A DNA stretch of 64,000 nt, from contig NW_027590119.1 of the NCBI RefSeq assembly GCF_964213995.1, positions 2,170,001 through 2,234,000 of the forward strand. Reading direction: 5' to 3'. Each line of letters opens with the position of its first letter. The first letter of the stretch is position 1. The notes below the pieces were generated by a model. That model did not search any database and was not told where the DNA came from. It saw only the letters and a program-made list of their open reading frames with translations. Below are positions 36,322 through 49,063 of this stretch, piece after piece. The stretch is from Mustelus asterias. Taxonomy: Eukaryota. A program made the translations under genes and the position numbers.

Positions 36322-37502
36322 TTCGTTAAGCTTTCTCATGGAAGATGAGGGAAATCCTGTATGATTTCAGCTCGTTGCTGAACATTATCCGAATCTCGAC
36401 ATTACAACAATATTATCTTTGCTCTGACCTCAAACTCAAATGGTTTCTGCGAATAAGAAATGCTGATTTTTTCGACGCACTGACAGGAAAGAAACGTCTC
36501 TATTTTGACAACGTGCACATAGTATCATCTTGTTCAGTGGACAACAGAATTTAATGGGTTCATAGGTGCAAACTAAAATAGCGAATCACCATCTGAAACA
36601 TGTCTAATAGGAGTGTGTGCTCAACAAGACAGACACAAGTGATACTCGAAGTGAACTAGAGGAAATGGCACACATTTCCCAGAAGAATCTTTTTTTAAAA
36701 ATTGTTCTTCATAACATGGAAATCGGAAAAAACACACAGACAGATGAAGAAATGGAGACTCAGTGCGGATCAACTAGACTTTCCTATAGGTGGCCGGAAT
36801 TTATACGCCTGAATGTTTCACACTTATAATAAAAAAGGCTCAAGTATACCTCACCGATAATTCTTCAATCTCTTCCATTTAATTATAGTTGACTTTGTTT
36901 AAAAGCTGATGATGGCCAATCTCAAACAAACACCATGGGATCTGTATTACCCGGTGACTCGACTCTTTTCGTTGGCCAGTTATGTTTGCAATTCAGTGAT
37001 ATTCAATTTCCGAGATATTCAATTCATAATGAAGTCATATGTGTTAAACAATGTATTGATATTAAATATTGAAACAAATACTGAGTACAATTGTAAAATG
37101 AGCTTTGACAAAATGTCATCTGGATTCGAAACGTCAGCTCTTTTCTCTCCTTACAGATGCTGCCAGACCTTGTGAGATTTTCCAGCATTTTCTCCTTTGG
37201 TTTCAGATTCCATCATCTGCAGTAATTTGCTTTCATTAATGAGCACAATTGGTTGAGATTATTCGAAGGAAGATGAAAATAATGCATTAATGAATGAGTG
37301 GAATTCATTGTTGCCTTAGATATTTGACAGGCGATCGCTTTAAAATTTTGAAGTTCAAGATAAGTTGAACAATCATATTGACAGTAACGGTTATCTTCCT
37401 GAAACAAGGGACATGGGCTCTCAGTCGAACCATTTGAAACTGCAGCAACACAGCACAGTTGAACATTGCAGAGAGGCGGATTTGCTATCATTGCTGTCAC
37501 CT

Positions 37503-37575
37503 GTTTCTGTAGTGTAGTGGTTATCACATTCACCTCACACGCGAAAGGTTCCCAGTTCAAAACCGGGCAGAAACG
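37503..37575 (+). tRNA. tRNA-Val(CAC), best-preserved copy, probably a pseudogene
   Basis: gtttctgtagtgtagtggttatcacattcacctcacacgcgaaaggttcccagttcaaaaccgggcagaaacg; acceptor stem intact, A-C mismatches in the anticodon and T stems. Confidence 0.75.
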
Positions 37576-37619
37576 TTCATTAAGCTTTCTAATTTAGGGT
37601 GAGGAAATCTGTATGATTT

Positions 37620-38210
37620 CAATATAAAGGACAAAGAAAATTACAGCACAGCAACCAGCCCTCCACGCATGCACCGACCATGCTAGGTTGACGCTTTCCG
37701 CGCCCGCTGGGCACCGCAGTGGTTGGGGTGCATTATTGACCCCAATAATCACATTTTAATTTGATGTTTTTAAGTTTCCTTTGTACTTTGATTTCTGTTC
37801 GGGCTGTTCCCCTCCTTTTTGGGGAGCTGCCCCTTTTACTTTGTCCTGATTTAATCTGAGTTTGTTTACTTGGTTTGGTTTGACCTAAAAAGAGGGCAAC
37901 ATCCTGGTAAATCTTTTCTTTGCCCTCTCCAAAGCCTCCACATCCTTCTGGTAGTGTGGCGACCAAATTTAAATATTATATTCCAAGTGCGGCCTAACTA
38001 AGGTTCTATAAAGTTGCAACATGACTTGCCAATTTTTAAACTCAATGCCCCGGCCGATGAAGGCAAGCATGGGTATGCCTTCTTGACTACCTTCTCCACC
38101 TGCATTGCCACTTTCAGTGACCTGTATACCTGTACACCCAGATCCCTTTGCCTATCAATATTCTTAAGGGTTCTGCCATTTACTGTATATTTCCTATCTG
38201 TATTAGATCT
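37620..38210 (-). mobile_element. Chimeric CR1-type LINE fragment
   Basis: 3' tail at 37625-37685, an unrelated ~200-bp piece, then the RT fragment QRDLGVQVYRSLKVAMQVEKVVKKAY. Confidence 0.75.
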
Positions 38211-39104
38211 TCGTTGCTGAACATTATCCGCATCTTGATATTGCAGCCATATGATCTTTGCTCTGACCTCGGCCTCAAATGATTTCTGTAAAATAAGAAT
38301 GTTGATAGCTTTTTGACGAACTGACAGGAAAGAAACCTTTCGATTTTGACACTGTGCGCATATTCGCATCACGTTCAGTCTACAACAGAATTTAAAGAGT
38401 TTATAGGTGCAGATTAACGTAGCTAATCACCATCTGGAACTTTTCGAATAGTAGTATGTGCTCCAGGGGACTGACACAAGTGATACGGTAAGTGAAGTGT
38501 AGGAAATGGCGCACATTTCCCAGAAGAATCTTTTTTTAAATCGTTCTTCAAAACAAAGAAATGGGAAAAAAAACACTCAGACAAATGAGGAAATCGAGAC
38601 TCAGTGCGGATCTACTGAACTTTCATTTAAATGGCCGGAATTTATGCGCCTGAATGTTTCACACTCAAAAAAGAAAAGACTCAAGTGTCAATAATTCTTC
38701 AATCTCGTCTATTTAAATGTAGTTCACTTTGTTTAAATGTAGTTCGCTATGGTCAATCTCATAATTGTGATCTGTATTCCCCGGTGACTCGATTCCTTTT
38801 GGTCAGTTATATTTACAATTCTATGATATTCAATTTCAGAGATATTCAATTCATAATGAAGACATATGTGTTAAATAATGCATTGAGACTAAATATTGAA
38901 ACAAATGCTGAGTACAATTGTACAATGAACGTTGTTGAAGTGTCATCTGGACTCGAAACGTCAGCTCCTTTCTCTTCTTACAGGAGCTGTCAGACGTTGT
39001 GAGATTTTCCAGCATTTTTTCGTTTGGTTTCCGATTCCAGTATCCGCAGTAATTTGCTTTTATTGCTGAGTACAATTGGTTGAGATTATTCGAAGGAAGA
39101 TGAG

Positions 39105-39830
39105 AATAAAGAACAAAGAACAATACAGCACAGGAACTAGCCCAAGCCCGTGCTGCTCCCTGGTCCAAACTAGACCATTCTTTTGTATCCCTCCATTCCC
39201 ACTCCGTTCATGTGGCTATCTAGATAAGTCTTAAACGTTCCCAGTGTGTCCGCCTCCACCACCTTGCCTGGCAGCGCATTCCAGGCCCCCACCACCCTCT
39301 GTGTAAAATATGTCCTTCTGATATCTGTGTTAAACCTCCCCCCGTTCACCTTGAACCCATGACCCCTCGTGAACGTCACCACCGACCTGGGGAAAAGCTT
39401 CCCACCGTTCATCCTATCTATGCCTTTCATAATTTTATACACCTCTATTAAGTCTCTCCTCATCCTCCGTCTTTCCAGGGAGAACAACCCCAGTTTACAC
39501 AATCTCTCCTCATAACTAAGCCCCTCCATACCAGACAACATCCAGGTCAACCTCCTCTGTACTCTCTCCAAAGCCTCCACGTCCTTCTGGGAGTGTGGCG
39601 ACCAGAACTGGACGCAGTATTCCAAATGCGGCCGAACCAACGTTCTATACAACTGCAACATCAGACCCCAACTTTTATACTCTATGCCCCGTCCTATAAA
39701 GGCAAGCATGCCATATGCCTTCTTCACCACCTTCTCCACCTTGACGTCACCTTCAAGGATCTGTGGACTTGCACACCCAGGTCCCTCTGCGTATCTACAC
39801 CCTTTATGGTTCTGCCATTTATCGTATAGC
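39105..39830 (-). mobile_element. CR1-type LINE 3' fragment
   Basis: 189-aa ORF (RPHLEYCVQFWSPH), (aaagaac)n tail. Confidence 0.92.
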
Positions 39831-40117
39831 TATGAATGATGCATTAATGATGCATTAATGAAAGGCCCTTTATGGTTCTGCCATTTATCGTATAGCAATA
39901 GAATGATGCAATAATGAAAGGCTAGAAATCATTGTTCCCTTAGATATTTGCCAGAAGAACGCTTATAAACTTTGATGTTCAAGATAAGTTGAGCAATCAG
40001 ATTGAAAGCAACAGTTATCTTCCTGAATTAAGAAGCATAGGCTCTCAGTCTAACCATTGGAACCTGCAGCAGTTGAACATTGCGGACAGGCCGATTTGCT
40101 GCAGCTTGCGTCCAGAT

Positions 40118-40188
40118 GTTTCTGTCGTGCAGTGGTTATTATGTTCGTCTGACACGCGGAAAGATCCTGGTGAAACGAAGCAGAAACA
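40118..40188 (+). pseudogene. tRNA-Val-like pseudogene
   Basis: gtttctgtcgtgcagtggttattatgttcgtctgacacgcgg...gcagaaaca. Confidence 0.65.
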
Positions 40189-41369
40189 TTCATTAAGCTT
40201 TCTCATGTCGAGTGAAGGAAAATTGCATGATTTCAGTTCGTTCCTCAACATTATCTGAACCTCAATATTACAGGCATATTATTGTTGCTCTGACATCGGC
40301 CTCCAATGTTTTCTGTAAAATAAGAAATGCTGATTTTTTTTGATGCACTGACAGGAAAGTAACGTTTCGATTTTGACACCGAGCACATATTCGCAACTCG
40401 TTCAGTCTACAACAGAATTTAATGGGTATATGGGTGCAGACTAACATGGTTAATCACCGTCTGAAACATATCTAATAGTAGTGTCTGCTCCAGAAGACTG
40501 ACACAAGTGATATTGTAAGTGATCTATCAGAAATGGCGTTCATTTCCCAGACGATTCTTTTTTAAAATCGTTCTTCACAACAAAGAAATAGGAAAAAAAC
40601 ACTCAGACTGATGAAGGAATCGGGACTCAGTGCAGATCTACTGGACTTTCCTATAAATGGCCGGAATTTATGCGCCTGAATATTTCACGCCCATAATAAA
40701 AAAGGCTCAAGTGTCACGAGCAGTTAGTTCTTGACTCACTTCCATGTAAACATAGTTGACTTTGTTTAAAAGCTGGTTATGGTCAATCTCAAAATTGCGA
40801 TCTGTATTACCCGGTGATTCGATTCGTTCTGTTAGTCAGTAATGTTTGCAATTCAGTGATATTCAATTCCAGAGATATTCAATTCATAATGAAGACATAT
40901 GAGTTAAATAATGCATTGATACTAAATATTGAATAATAAAACAAATACTGAGTACAATTGCTCAATGAGCTTTCACAAAATGTCATCTGGACTCGAAAGC
41001 TCAGCCCTTTTCTCTCCTAACAGGAGCTGTCAGACATTGCGAGATTTTCCAGCATTTTCTCTTTTGGTTTCCGATTCCAGCATCCGCAGTAATTTACTTT
41101 TATTACTGATTACAATTTGTTGAGATTATTCGAAGGAAGATGAAAATGATGCATTAATGAATGGGCAGAATCAGTGCTCACTTAGATATTTGCCAAACGA
41201 AAGCTTTGAAATTTTGATGTTCAAGATAAGTTGAGAAATCAGGTTGAAAATACCGGTTTTCTTCTTGAATTCAGTGACATGGGCTCTCAGTCTAACCATT
41301 GGAATCTGCAGCAGCGCAGCGCAGTTGGACATTGCAGGCAGGCCAATTAACTAAAATATGCGGTCAGCT

Positions 41370-41442
41370 GTTCATGTAATGTCATGGTTATCACGTTCGC
41401 TTCACACGTGAAAGATTCCCGGATCAAAACCCGGCAGAAGCA
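41370..41442 (+). pseudogene. tRNA-Val(CAC)-like pseudogene
   Basis: gttcatgtaatgtcatggttatcacgttcgcttcacacgtgaaagattcccggatcaaaacccggcagaagca. Confidence 0.7.
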
Positions 41443-41494
41443 CTTTTGGACCATTCTTATTCAGGGAGTGCGAAGCCTGCATGGTTTAACTTCC

Positions 41495-41810
41495 TAGAAT
41501 CATGCAGTGAAGAGGGAGGCCATTCGGCCCATCGAGACGGCACCGAACACAATCCCACCCAGGCCCTAACTCCATGACCCCATGTATTTACCTACCTCGC
41601 CCCCCTGGCACTAAGGGGCAATTTAGCATGGTCTATCCACCTCACCTGCACATCTTTGGACTGTGGGAGGAAACCAGGACCCGGGGAACACGGGGAGAAC
41701 GTGCAAACTCAACACAGACAGTGACCCAAGCCGTGAATCGAACCCAGGTGTCTGTGAGGCCGCAGTGCTAACCAATGTGTCACTGTACCGTCCCACTGTG
41801 CCACCATCAT
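41495..41810 (-). mobile_element. HE1-type SINE
   Basis: cacatctttggactgtgggaggaaacc, gacagtgacccaagcc. Confidence 0.8.
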
Positions 41811-42489
41811 TGCTCAACATTATGTGAATCTCGATGTTACATCAACTCAAATGCTTTTCGGAAAATCAGAAATGCTGTTATTTAGGATGCAATGGCAGGA
41901 AATAAATGTTTGTACTGTTTGTACATATATTCGCAACTCGTTCAGTCCGCAACAAAATTTAGTGCGTTTACCGGTGCAGACTAACAGATTTAATCACCAT
42001 CTGAAACATGTCTACCAGTAATGCGGGCTCATAAAGACAGACACAAGTGAAACTGTAACTGAACTAGAGGAAATGGCACACATTGCTTCGAAGCTTATTT
42101 TTAAAATCGTTCTTCCGAATAAAGAAAAAGGAAAAAGCACTCAGACAGATGAGGAAATCGAGAATCAGTGCGGAACTGCTGGGCCTCCTGTCGATGAAAG
42201 ATATTTAAGCGCCAGAATGTTTCACACACCGAATAAAGAAGGATCACGTATAACTAACAGATCATTCTTAAATCTCTTCCCTTGAAAGATATTTGCTTTT
42301 GTTTGAAAGCTGACTTTGGTCAATTTCAAAAAGTACCATGGGATGTGTATTTCCCAGTGACTCGCGCTCTTTTGTTGATTCGCCATGCTTGCAATTCAAT
42401 GTTGTCTATTTCAGAGATATTCAATTCAGAATGAGGACATTTGTGTTAAATAAATGTATTGAAGTTAAAGGTTGAATCAAAAGAACCGG

Positions 42490-42675
42490 GAAGATACAAT
42501 GTGATGGGATGGGATTTATTTTCTCCGCCCATTTGCATATCGGCAAATATTCACTTTCTGCAAAAAGATGCCATGATTTTCGGTAAGCGATCAGAGAGCG
42601 CCCTCCGTGGACAGTACAACAGCATTGGAAACAGACGGAATACCAAGAGCCCACAAATGTACACTCAGAGACATA
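42490..42675 (-). promoter_or_regulatory. Orphan V-promoter paralog with octamer (42531-42538) and GC box
   Basis: Homologous to 32590-32780, upstream of the V pseudogene leader (tctccgcccattt, gatcagaga, cgccctcc(c)gtggacag); contains ATTTGCAT (ATGCAAAT on -). Confidence 0.6.
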
Positions 42676-43199
42676 TCCAGTGCAGCTACAACATTGGACA
42701 AGAGGAATCATCCGCTCAACATCCACACTGTTGGCACCCCTTCGCGTTTTAAAGCTTTCAGTCAATTTGCCTCTTACTCTTCTGAACTCCCGTGGATACA
42801 AACCTGACGTCAACATCCTTTCCTCATCAGATCACCCGCTCAGAGCTGGTGATGGTTTCGTAAAACTCCTCTGAACTTTTTCTCATGCATTAACATATTT
42901 CTTAAGATAAGGAGACAAGTAGTGTGCACAATATTTGATATATATCCAATGCCCTCGCCAATGCCCAATTTTACGATCTATCCTTGTGTCGCCAGCAGAT
43001 ATAACATCCATATCTTCACTGCCTTCATCACTGCAGAAATCATCCCACTTTAATGCTTTTTGACAAATTCAGCCAGAATGTATTTGTTCAGATCAAATCG
43101 TTTTTCGTCAACTTGCTTGAGTTTAATGCTGAACAACAGAGATGGTTTGTGAGGGTATTTCTCTTAATGGGCGTCCAAAGGTCATGTGATATGGTGCTA

Positions 43200-44300
43200 C
43201 ATCACAGCTTGTGAGTAAATGTGGAGATCAGAGAATAAAATGGATAGGAGCAACACGGATAGGAAATTGGCTGAGTGCCAGGAAACAACTCCTAGCTGTT
43301 TTTCGGACTGGAACAAAGTTTGCAGTGAAGGTGCCAGGAACAGGTTATATGACTCTTGATCTTCCCGGCATAGTAATGGCCGAGAGCTTGGTATGGAGGT
43401 CAGACTTTCAAAATCTGTGTATAATGCAAAACATGGAAACATTGCCAACCATCAGAAGACCGAGCAGAACTTCAGAACGAAAAAAAAACTAATTTGTGGA
43501 ATTGTCCTGCAATTGGGAGATTTAATTGATTGCATGTAAAGTTACATGATTAGTTTTGTTAAGCAGAATGCGAAGTGACAAAGGGAAATGATGAAAACGC
43601 TATGAATGTGGCGGTAAGACGCCGAGGGACCTGAGTGAATATGTGCATAGATCATTCATGGTGGAAGATAGTTTGAAAGAGCGGAAAAGAAAATAGTTAA
43701 CAGTCTTTGTTGGGGAAAAGAATACAGAAGCAAGGAAGTTATGCTAAATTTGTAAAAAGCACTGGAAAATAGTCAACTGAAAAATTGCGTCAAATTCTGG
43801 GCACCAAACGTAAGGAGAAATGTAAAGCTAATAGGCTGGATGCAGAGGGAAAATACGAGATTAGTTCCAGAGATCAGAAACTTCAGTTCCGAAAATATAT
43901 TGGTGAGGTTCAGACTGATTTCCTTGACAGGAAGTTGCTGATGTGATCCCATTGAGGCCTTCAAAATCCTGAGGGGTCTTGACAGAGTAGATAGAGAGTA
44001 ATTGTTCAATAGCAGATGGATTTTGTAACAGAGGGCGCGGGTTGAAGTTAATTGGTGAAAGAAGCATGGAGTCATAACGAAAAACATTTTCGGACAGTGA
44101 CTGATTCAGACCTGCAATCTGCTGTTTCAGAGTACGGTTCAGGGAGCGCCAATTGATGGTTTCAAAATGGGATTGGATTATTGTCTGGAATTGAAAAAAA
44201 TGCTGGACTGTGGGCTATAGAGTGTTATTGGATGAATTGCTCCTTTAGAGGACCAGCACATACATGATGCTTCAAAATGGCCTGCTTCTCTCCTGTAAAT
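43200..44300 (+). mobile_element. Old, highly decayed CR1-type LINE
   Basis: Degenerate aaattctgggcacca, gaggggtcttgacagagtagat and aaaatggcctgcttct motifs in LINE order. Confidence 0.65.
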
Positions 44301-44556
44301 AGTCTATCAGTGTGGAAAATGAAGTCAGTGGCAAAGTGGTAATATCACTGGGAGAGGATTTCTGAGGGGAGGCAGTTTGCTCAAGGTATATGTTCAAATC
44401 TAACTGCAAAAGAACGTGGGTTTTAAAATGCAATTGCAATTTTGAATTTAAACCTCGTTCCGTAATTGCAGCCAATACAAGTAATATAGCAGATCCTCTA
44501 ATGCCCAGCAGAAAAGGAAACCATCCATCATTTCCCAGTTTGGCCCATAGCTGACT

Positions 44557-46735
44557 CAAGGCTATGAGGGAGGAACTGACAAAAATCGACTGGAAGCAGA
44601 GCCTAATGGGAAAGACAGTAGAACAGCAATGGCAGGAGTTTCTGGGAGTAATTGAGGACACAGTGCAGAGGTTCATCCCAAACAAAAGAAAGGTTATCAG
44701 AGGGGGGATTAGGCAGCCATGGCTGACAAAGGAAGTCAGGGAATGCATCAAGGCAAAAGAGAGAGCCTATAATGTGGCAAAGAGTAGTGGGAAGTCAGAA
44801 GATTGGGAAGGCTATAAAAACAAACAGAGGATAACAAAGAGAGAAATAAGGAAGGAGAGGATCAAATATGAAGGTAGGCTAGCCAGTAACATTAGGAATG
44901 ATAGTAAAAGTTTCTTTAAATACATTAAAAACAAACGGGAGGCAAAAGTAGACATTGGGCCGCTCCAAAATGACGCTGGTAATCTAGTGATGGGAGACAA
45001 GGAAATAGCTGAGGAACTTAATAAGTACTTTGCGTCAGTCTTCACAGTAGAAGACATGAGTAATATCCCAACAATTCAGGAAAGTCAGGGGGCAGAGTTG
45101 AATATGGTTGCCATCACAAAGGAGAAAGTGCTAGAGAAACTAAAAGGTCTGAAAATTGATAAATCTCCGGGCCCAGATGGGCTACATCCTAGAGTTCTAA
45201 AGGAGATAGCTGAAGAAATAGTGGAGGCGTTAGTTATGATCTTTCAAAAGTCACTGGAGTCAGGGAAAGTCCCAGAGGATTGGAAAATCGCTGTTGTAAC
45301 CCCACTGTTCAAGAAGGGAACAAGAAAAAAGATGGAAAATTATAGGCCAATTAGCCTAACCTCAGTTGTTGGCAAAATTCTAGAATCCATCGTTAAGGAT
45401 GAGATTTCTAAATTCTTGGAAGTGCAGGGTCGGATTAAGACAAGTCAGCATGGATTTAGTAAGGGGAGGTCGTGCCTGACAAACCTGTTAGAGTTCTTTG
45501 AAGAGATAACAAATAGGTTAGACCAAGGAGAGCCAATGGATGTTATCTATCTTGACTTCCAAAAGGCCTTTGACAAGGTGCCTCACGGGAGACTGCTGAG
45601 TAAAATAAGGGCCCATGGTATTCGAGGCAAGGTACTAACATGGATTGACGATTGGCTGTCAGACAGAAGGCAGAGAGTTGGGATAAAAGGTTCTTTCTCA
45701 GAATGGCAACCGGTGACAAGTGGTGTCCCGCAGGGTTCAGTGTTGGGGCCACAGCTGTTCTCTTTATATATTAACGATCTAGATGACGGGACTGGGAGCA
45801 TTCTGGCCAAGTTTGCCGATGATACAAAGATAGGTGGAGGGGCAGGTAGTATTGAGGAGGTGGGGAGGCTGCAGAAAGATTTAGACAGTTTAGGAGAGTG
45901 GTCCAAGAAGTGGCTGATGAAATTCAACGTGGGCAAGTGCGAGGTCGTACACTTTGGAAAAAAGAATAGAGGCATGGACTATTTTCTAAACGGTGACAAA
46001 ATTCATAATGCTAAAGTGCAAAGGGACTTGGGAGTCCTAGTCCAGGATTCTCTAAAGGTAAACTTGCAGGTTGAGTCCGTAATTAAGAAAGCAAATGTAA
46101 TGTTGTCATTTATCTCAAGAGGCTTGGAATACAAAAGCAGGGATGTACTTCTGAGGCTTTATAAAGCACTGGTTAGGCCCCATTTGGAGTACTGTGAGCA
46201 ATTTTGGGCCCCACACCTCAGGAAGGACATACTGGCACTGGAGCGGGTCCAGCGGAGATTCACACGGATGATCCCAGGAATGGTAGGCCTGACATACGAT
46301 GAACGTCTGAGGATCGTGGGATTATATTCATTGGAGTTTAGGAGGTTGAGGGGAGATCTGATAGAAACTTACAAGATAATGAACGGCTTAGATAGGATGG
46401 ACGTAGGGAAGTTGTTTCCATTAACAGGGGAGACTAGGACGCGGGGGCACAGCCTTAGAATAAAAGGGAGTCACTTTAGAACAGAGATGAGGAGAAATTT
46501 CTTCAGCCAGAGAGTGGTGGGTCTGTGGAATTCATTGCCACAGAGGGCTGTGGAGGCCGAGACGTTGAGCGTCTTCAAGACAGAAATTGATAAATTCTTG
46601 ATTTCTCGAGGAATTAAGGGCTATGGGGAGAGAGCGGGTAAATGGAGTTGAAATCAACCATGATTGAATGGTGGAGTGGACTCGATGGGCCGAATGGCCT
46701 TACTTCCGCTCCTATGTCTTATGGTCTTATGGTCT
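44557..46735 (+). mobile_element. Young CR1/HER1-type LINE, 5'-truncated, uninterrupted 695-aa RT ORF (44564-46651)
   Basis: [43 protein letters not shown]; (tcttatgg)n tail; no endonuclease domain. Confidence 0.97.
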
Positions 46736-47694
46736 AAGGCCCACACGTGTTTGGCGTTTACATGACTTCTGTGATGATCTAGGAAACCAATGAATTCAGA
46801 GTACTCGCGATTGCCAAATTATGCTGGCCTTGCCAGCTGTGTGTACACCCCATGAAAGAATAAGAAACAGCAACGAAAATCAGCATTTCATAACATCTGC
46901 AATAGCAAAGGACGTCCAGGAGATGGCAGTGAAACCGTGCTCTTTGGCACGACGCGAAACAGAACGTCTCAGTTATTGCTGCAATCGATGTAGTCTTTAT
47001 TCATCCTAAACTAGACCCAGTTTATGTGACACAAAATCATATTTCTGATTACGTGACAATAATTCTCAATTGATTCTCTACTCAGCAAAATCCCAGTTGT
47101 CACTATACCGCACCAAGCCTCATTTGATATTACATTGCTGGAATCTGCAACGTGTAAAGAAACCTCGACGATACCTCAATCACTGCTGCACCAGTCCACC
47201 TCCCTGTTTATACCGAATAATATCCTGTCTCTAATTATTGTTCTATTTCATGACTCGTTTATTGCTCTAATGTCCCTGTCAAATCTTTTATCAATCTGAA
47301 GCCTTAGTTTGAAATTATTGCATCAGCTTTGTCTCAGTTTATATCATACAATGCCCAGAATCAGATTCAACAGCATTTGAACCGATTGAACAGGTGGAGT
47401 TTTATTGCGCTAGCTGCTGTGTCCTTTATTAATGCGCCAAACCATACCACTGTTCATTTTACACATTATCCTCTCTCAATTATTGCTTTACTCTGCATTG
47501 CCACACTTTATATCATACTAGATTATATCCCTATATTCTAATAGCGTCCATGTGAGACTACATTACACTAGAACCTGTCTCAGTTTAAATGTCTCTGCTT
47601 ACATTGGAATGAACCTTGACTTTGTTACAGTTGCGTAATTCATGTTTCTGTCTATTTGAGAAAACATCACGCTGGTTAGTACGACGCTATAGAA

Positions 47695-48482
47695 ATTCCG
47701 GACAAATGTGAGGTAATGCATTTTGGAAGGTCTCGTACAGATAGGAAATTTACAGTAAATGGCAGAACCCTTAGGACTATTGATAGGCAAAGGGATCTGG
47801 GTGTACAGGTACACAGGTCACTGAAAGTGTCAATGCAGGTGGAGAAGGTCGTCAAGAAGGCATACGGCATGCTTGCCTTCATCGGCCGGTGTATTGAGTT
47901 TAAAAATTGGCAAGTCATGTTGACGCTTTATAGAATCTTAGTGAGGCCGCACTTGGAATGTACGGTCAATTCTGGTCGCCACACTACCAGAAGGATGTGG
48001 AGGCTCTGGAGAGGGTACAGAAAAGATTTACCAGGATGTTGCCTGGTATGGAGGGCATTAGCTATGAGGAGAGGTTGGAGAAACTTGGTTTGTTCTCACT
48101 GGAGCGACGGAGGTTGAGGGGAGACCTGATAGAAGTCTACAAGATTATAAGAGGCATGGACAGAGTGGATAGTCAGAAGCTTTTTCCCAGGGTGGAAGAG
48201 TCAATTACTGGGGGGCATAGGTTCATGGTGCGAGGGGCAAATTTTAAAAGAGATGTACGAGGCAGATTTTTTACACAGAGAGTGGTGGGTGCCTGGAACT
48301 CGTTGCCGGGGGAGGTAATGGAAGCCGACACGGTAGTGACTTTTAAGGGGCGTCTAGGAAAGTACATGAATGAGATGGGAATAGAGGGATATGGTCTTCG
48401 GAAGCGTAGGGGGTTTTAGTTAAGTCGGGCAGCATGGTCGGTGCAGGCTTGGATGGCCTGTGCTGTAATTTCTCTTTGTTCC
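47695..48482 (+). mobile_element. CR1-type LINE 3' fragment
   Basis: Overlapping RT-derived ORFs 47716-48117 and 47958-48419. Confidence 0.92.
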
Positions 48483-49063
48483 ATACCCGCTCTCAGTAAT
48501 CATTGAACTGGACCCAGTCTGCATTCATATTAGTACAAGTGCTGTATCAATAATTGGTGCACTCGACACTGTCTCTGTATTACTGCACAAAACCCGTCCT
48601 TCGTTCATAATAGAACAGATTGTATTAGATGGATTGGCTATGCAAAATTACCCGTTATTGTCCATAGGGTATGTGGATTCGCCATGGTAAATGTGTGGGG
48701 CTAACGGGGATAGGGCAGAGGGGAGGGCCTGGGTGGGATGCAAACTCGGAGAGCCAGATGGTCTTTTTCTGAACTCCAGGGATTCTATAGTTCGATGTCT
48801 AAGAATTATCATATCATACCTTGCTTAGACATACGAGTGCTTATTTCTTTTAAATATTCTTTTTTCCGATTACCCCCTTTGGAGAAATGATTTCTTTCAG
48901 CAATTTCCCTTCAGCTTTCCAAGTGATAACCTTCAGTCCATCTCTGCCTTCCATGAGTGTATGAAAACACCAGACAGTCCTGTATTTCAACTGAAGAACA
49001 TTTAATATGCAACTATTTATTGACAACCATTCTGCTGTGTGCTCTTGCACACAAAACGATTTC

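Larger units (their letters stand above)
34670..42470 (+). repeat. Decayed tandem array of five ~1.2-1.5 kb units, each headed by a tRNA-Val-derived sequence
   Basis: tRNA-Val-like heads at 34678, 36249, 37503, 40118 and 41370, each followed by shared blocks (gctgaacattatc, aatcaccatctgaaacatgtct, gaggaaatcgag, agagatattcaattcataatgaagac); interrupted by LINE/SINE insertions. Confidence 0.9.
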
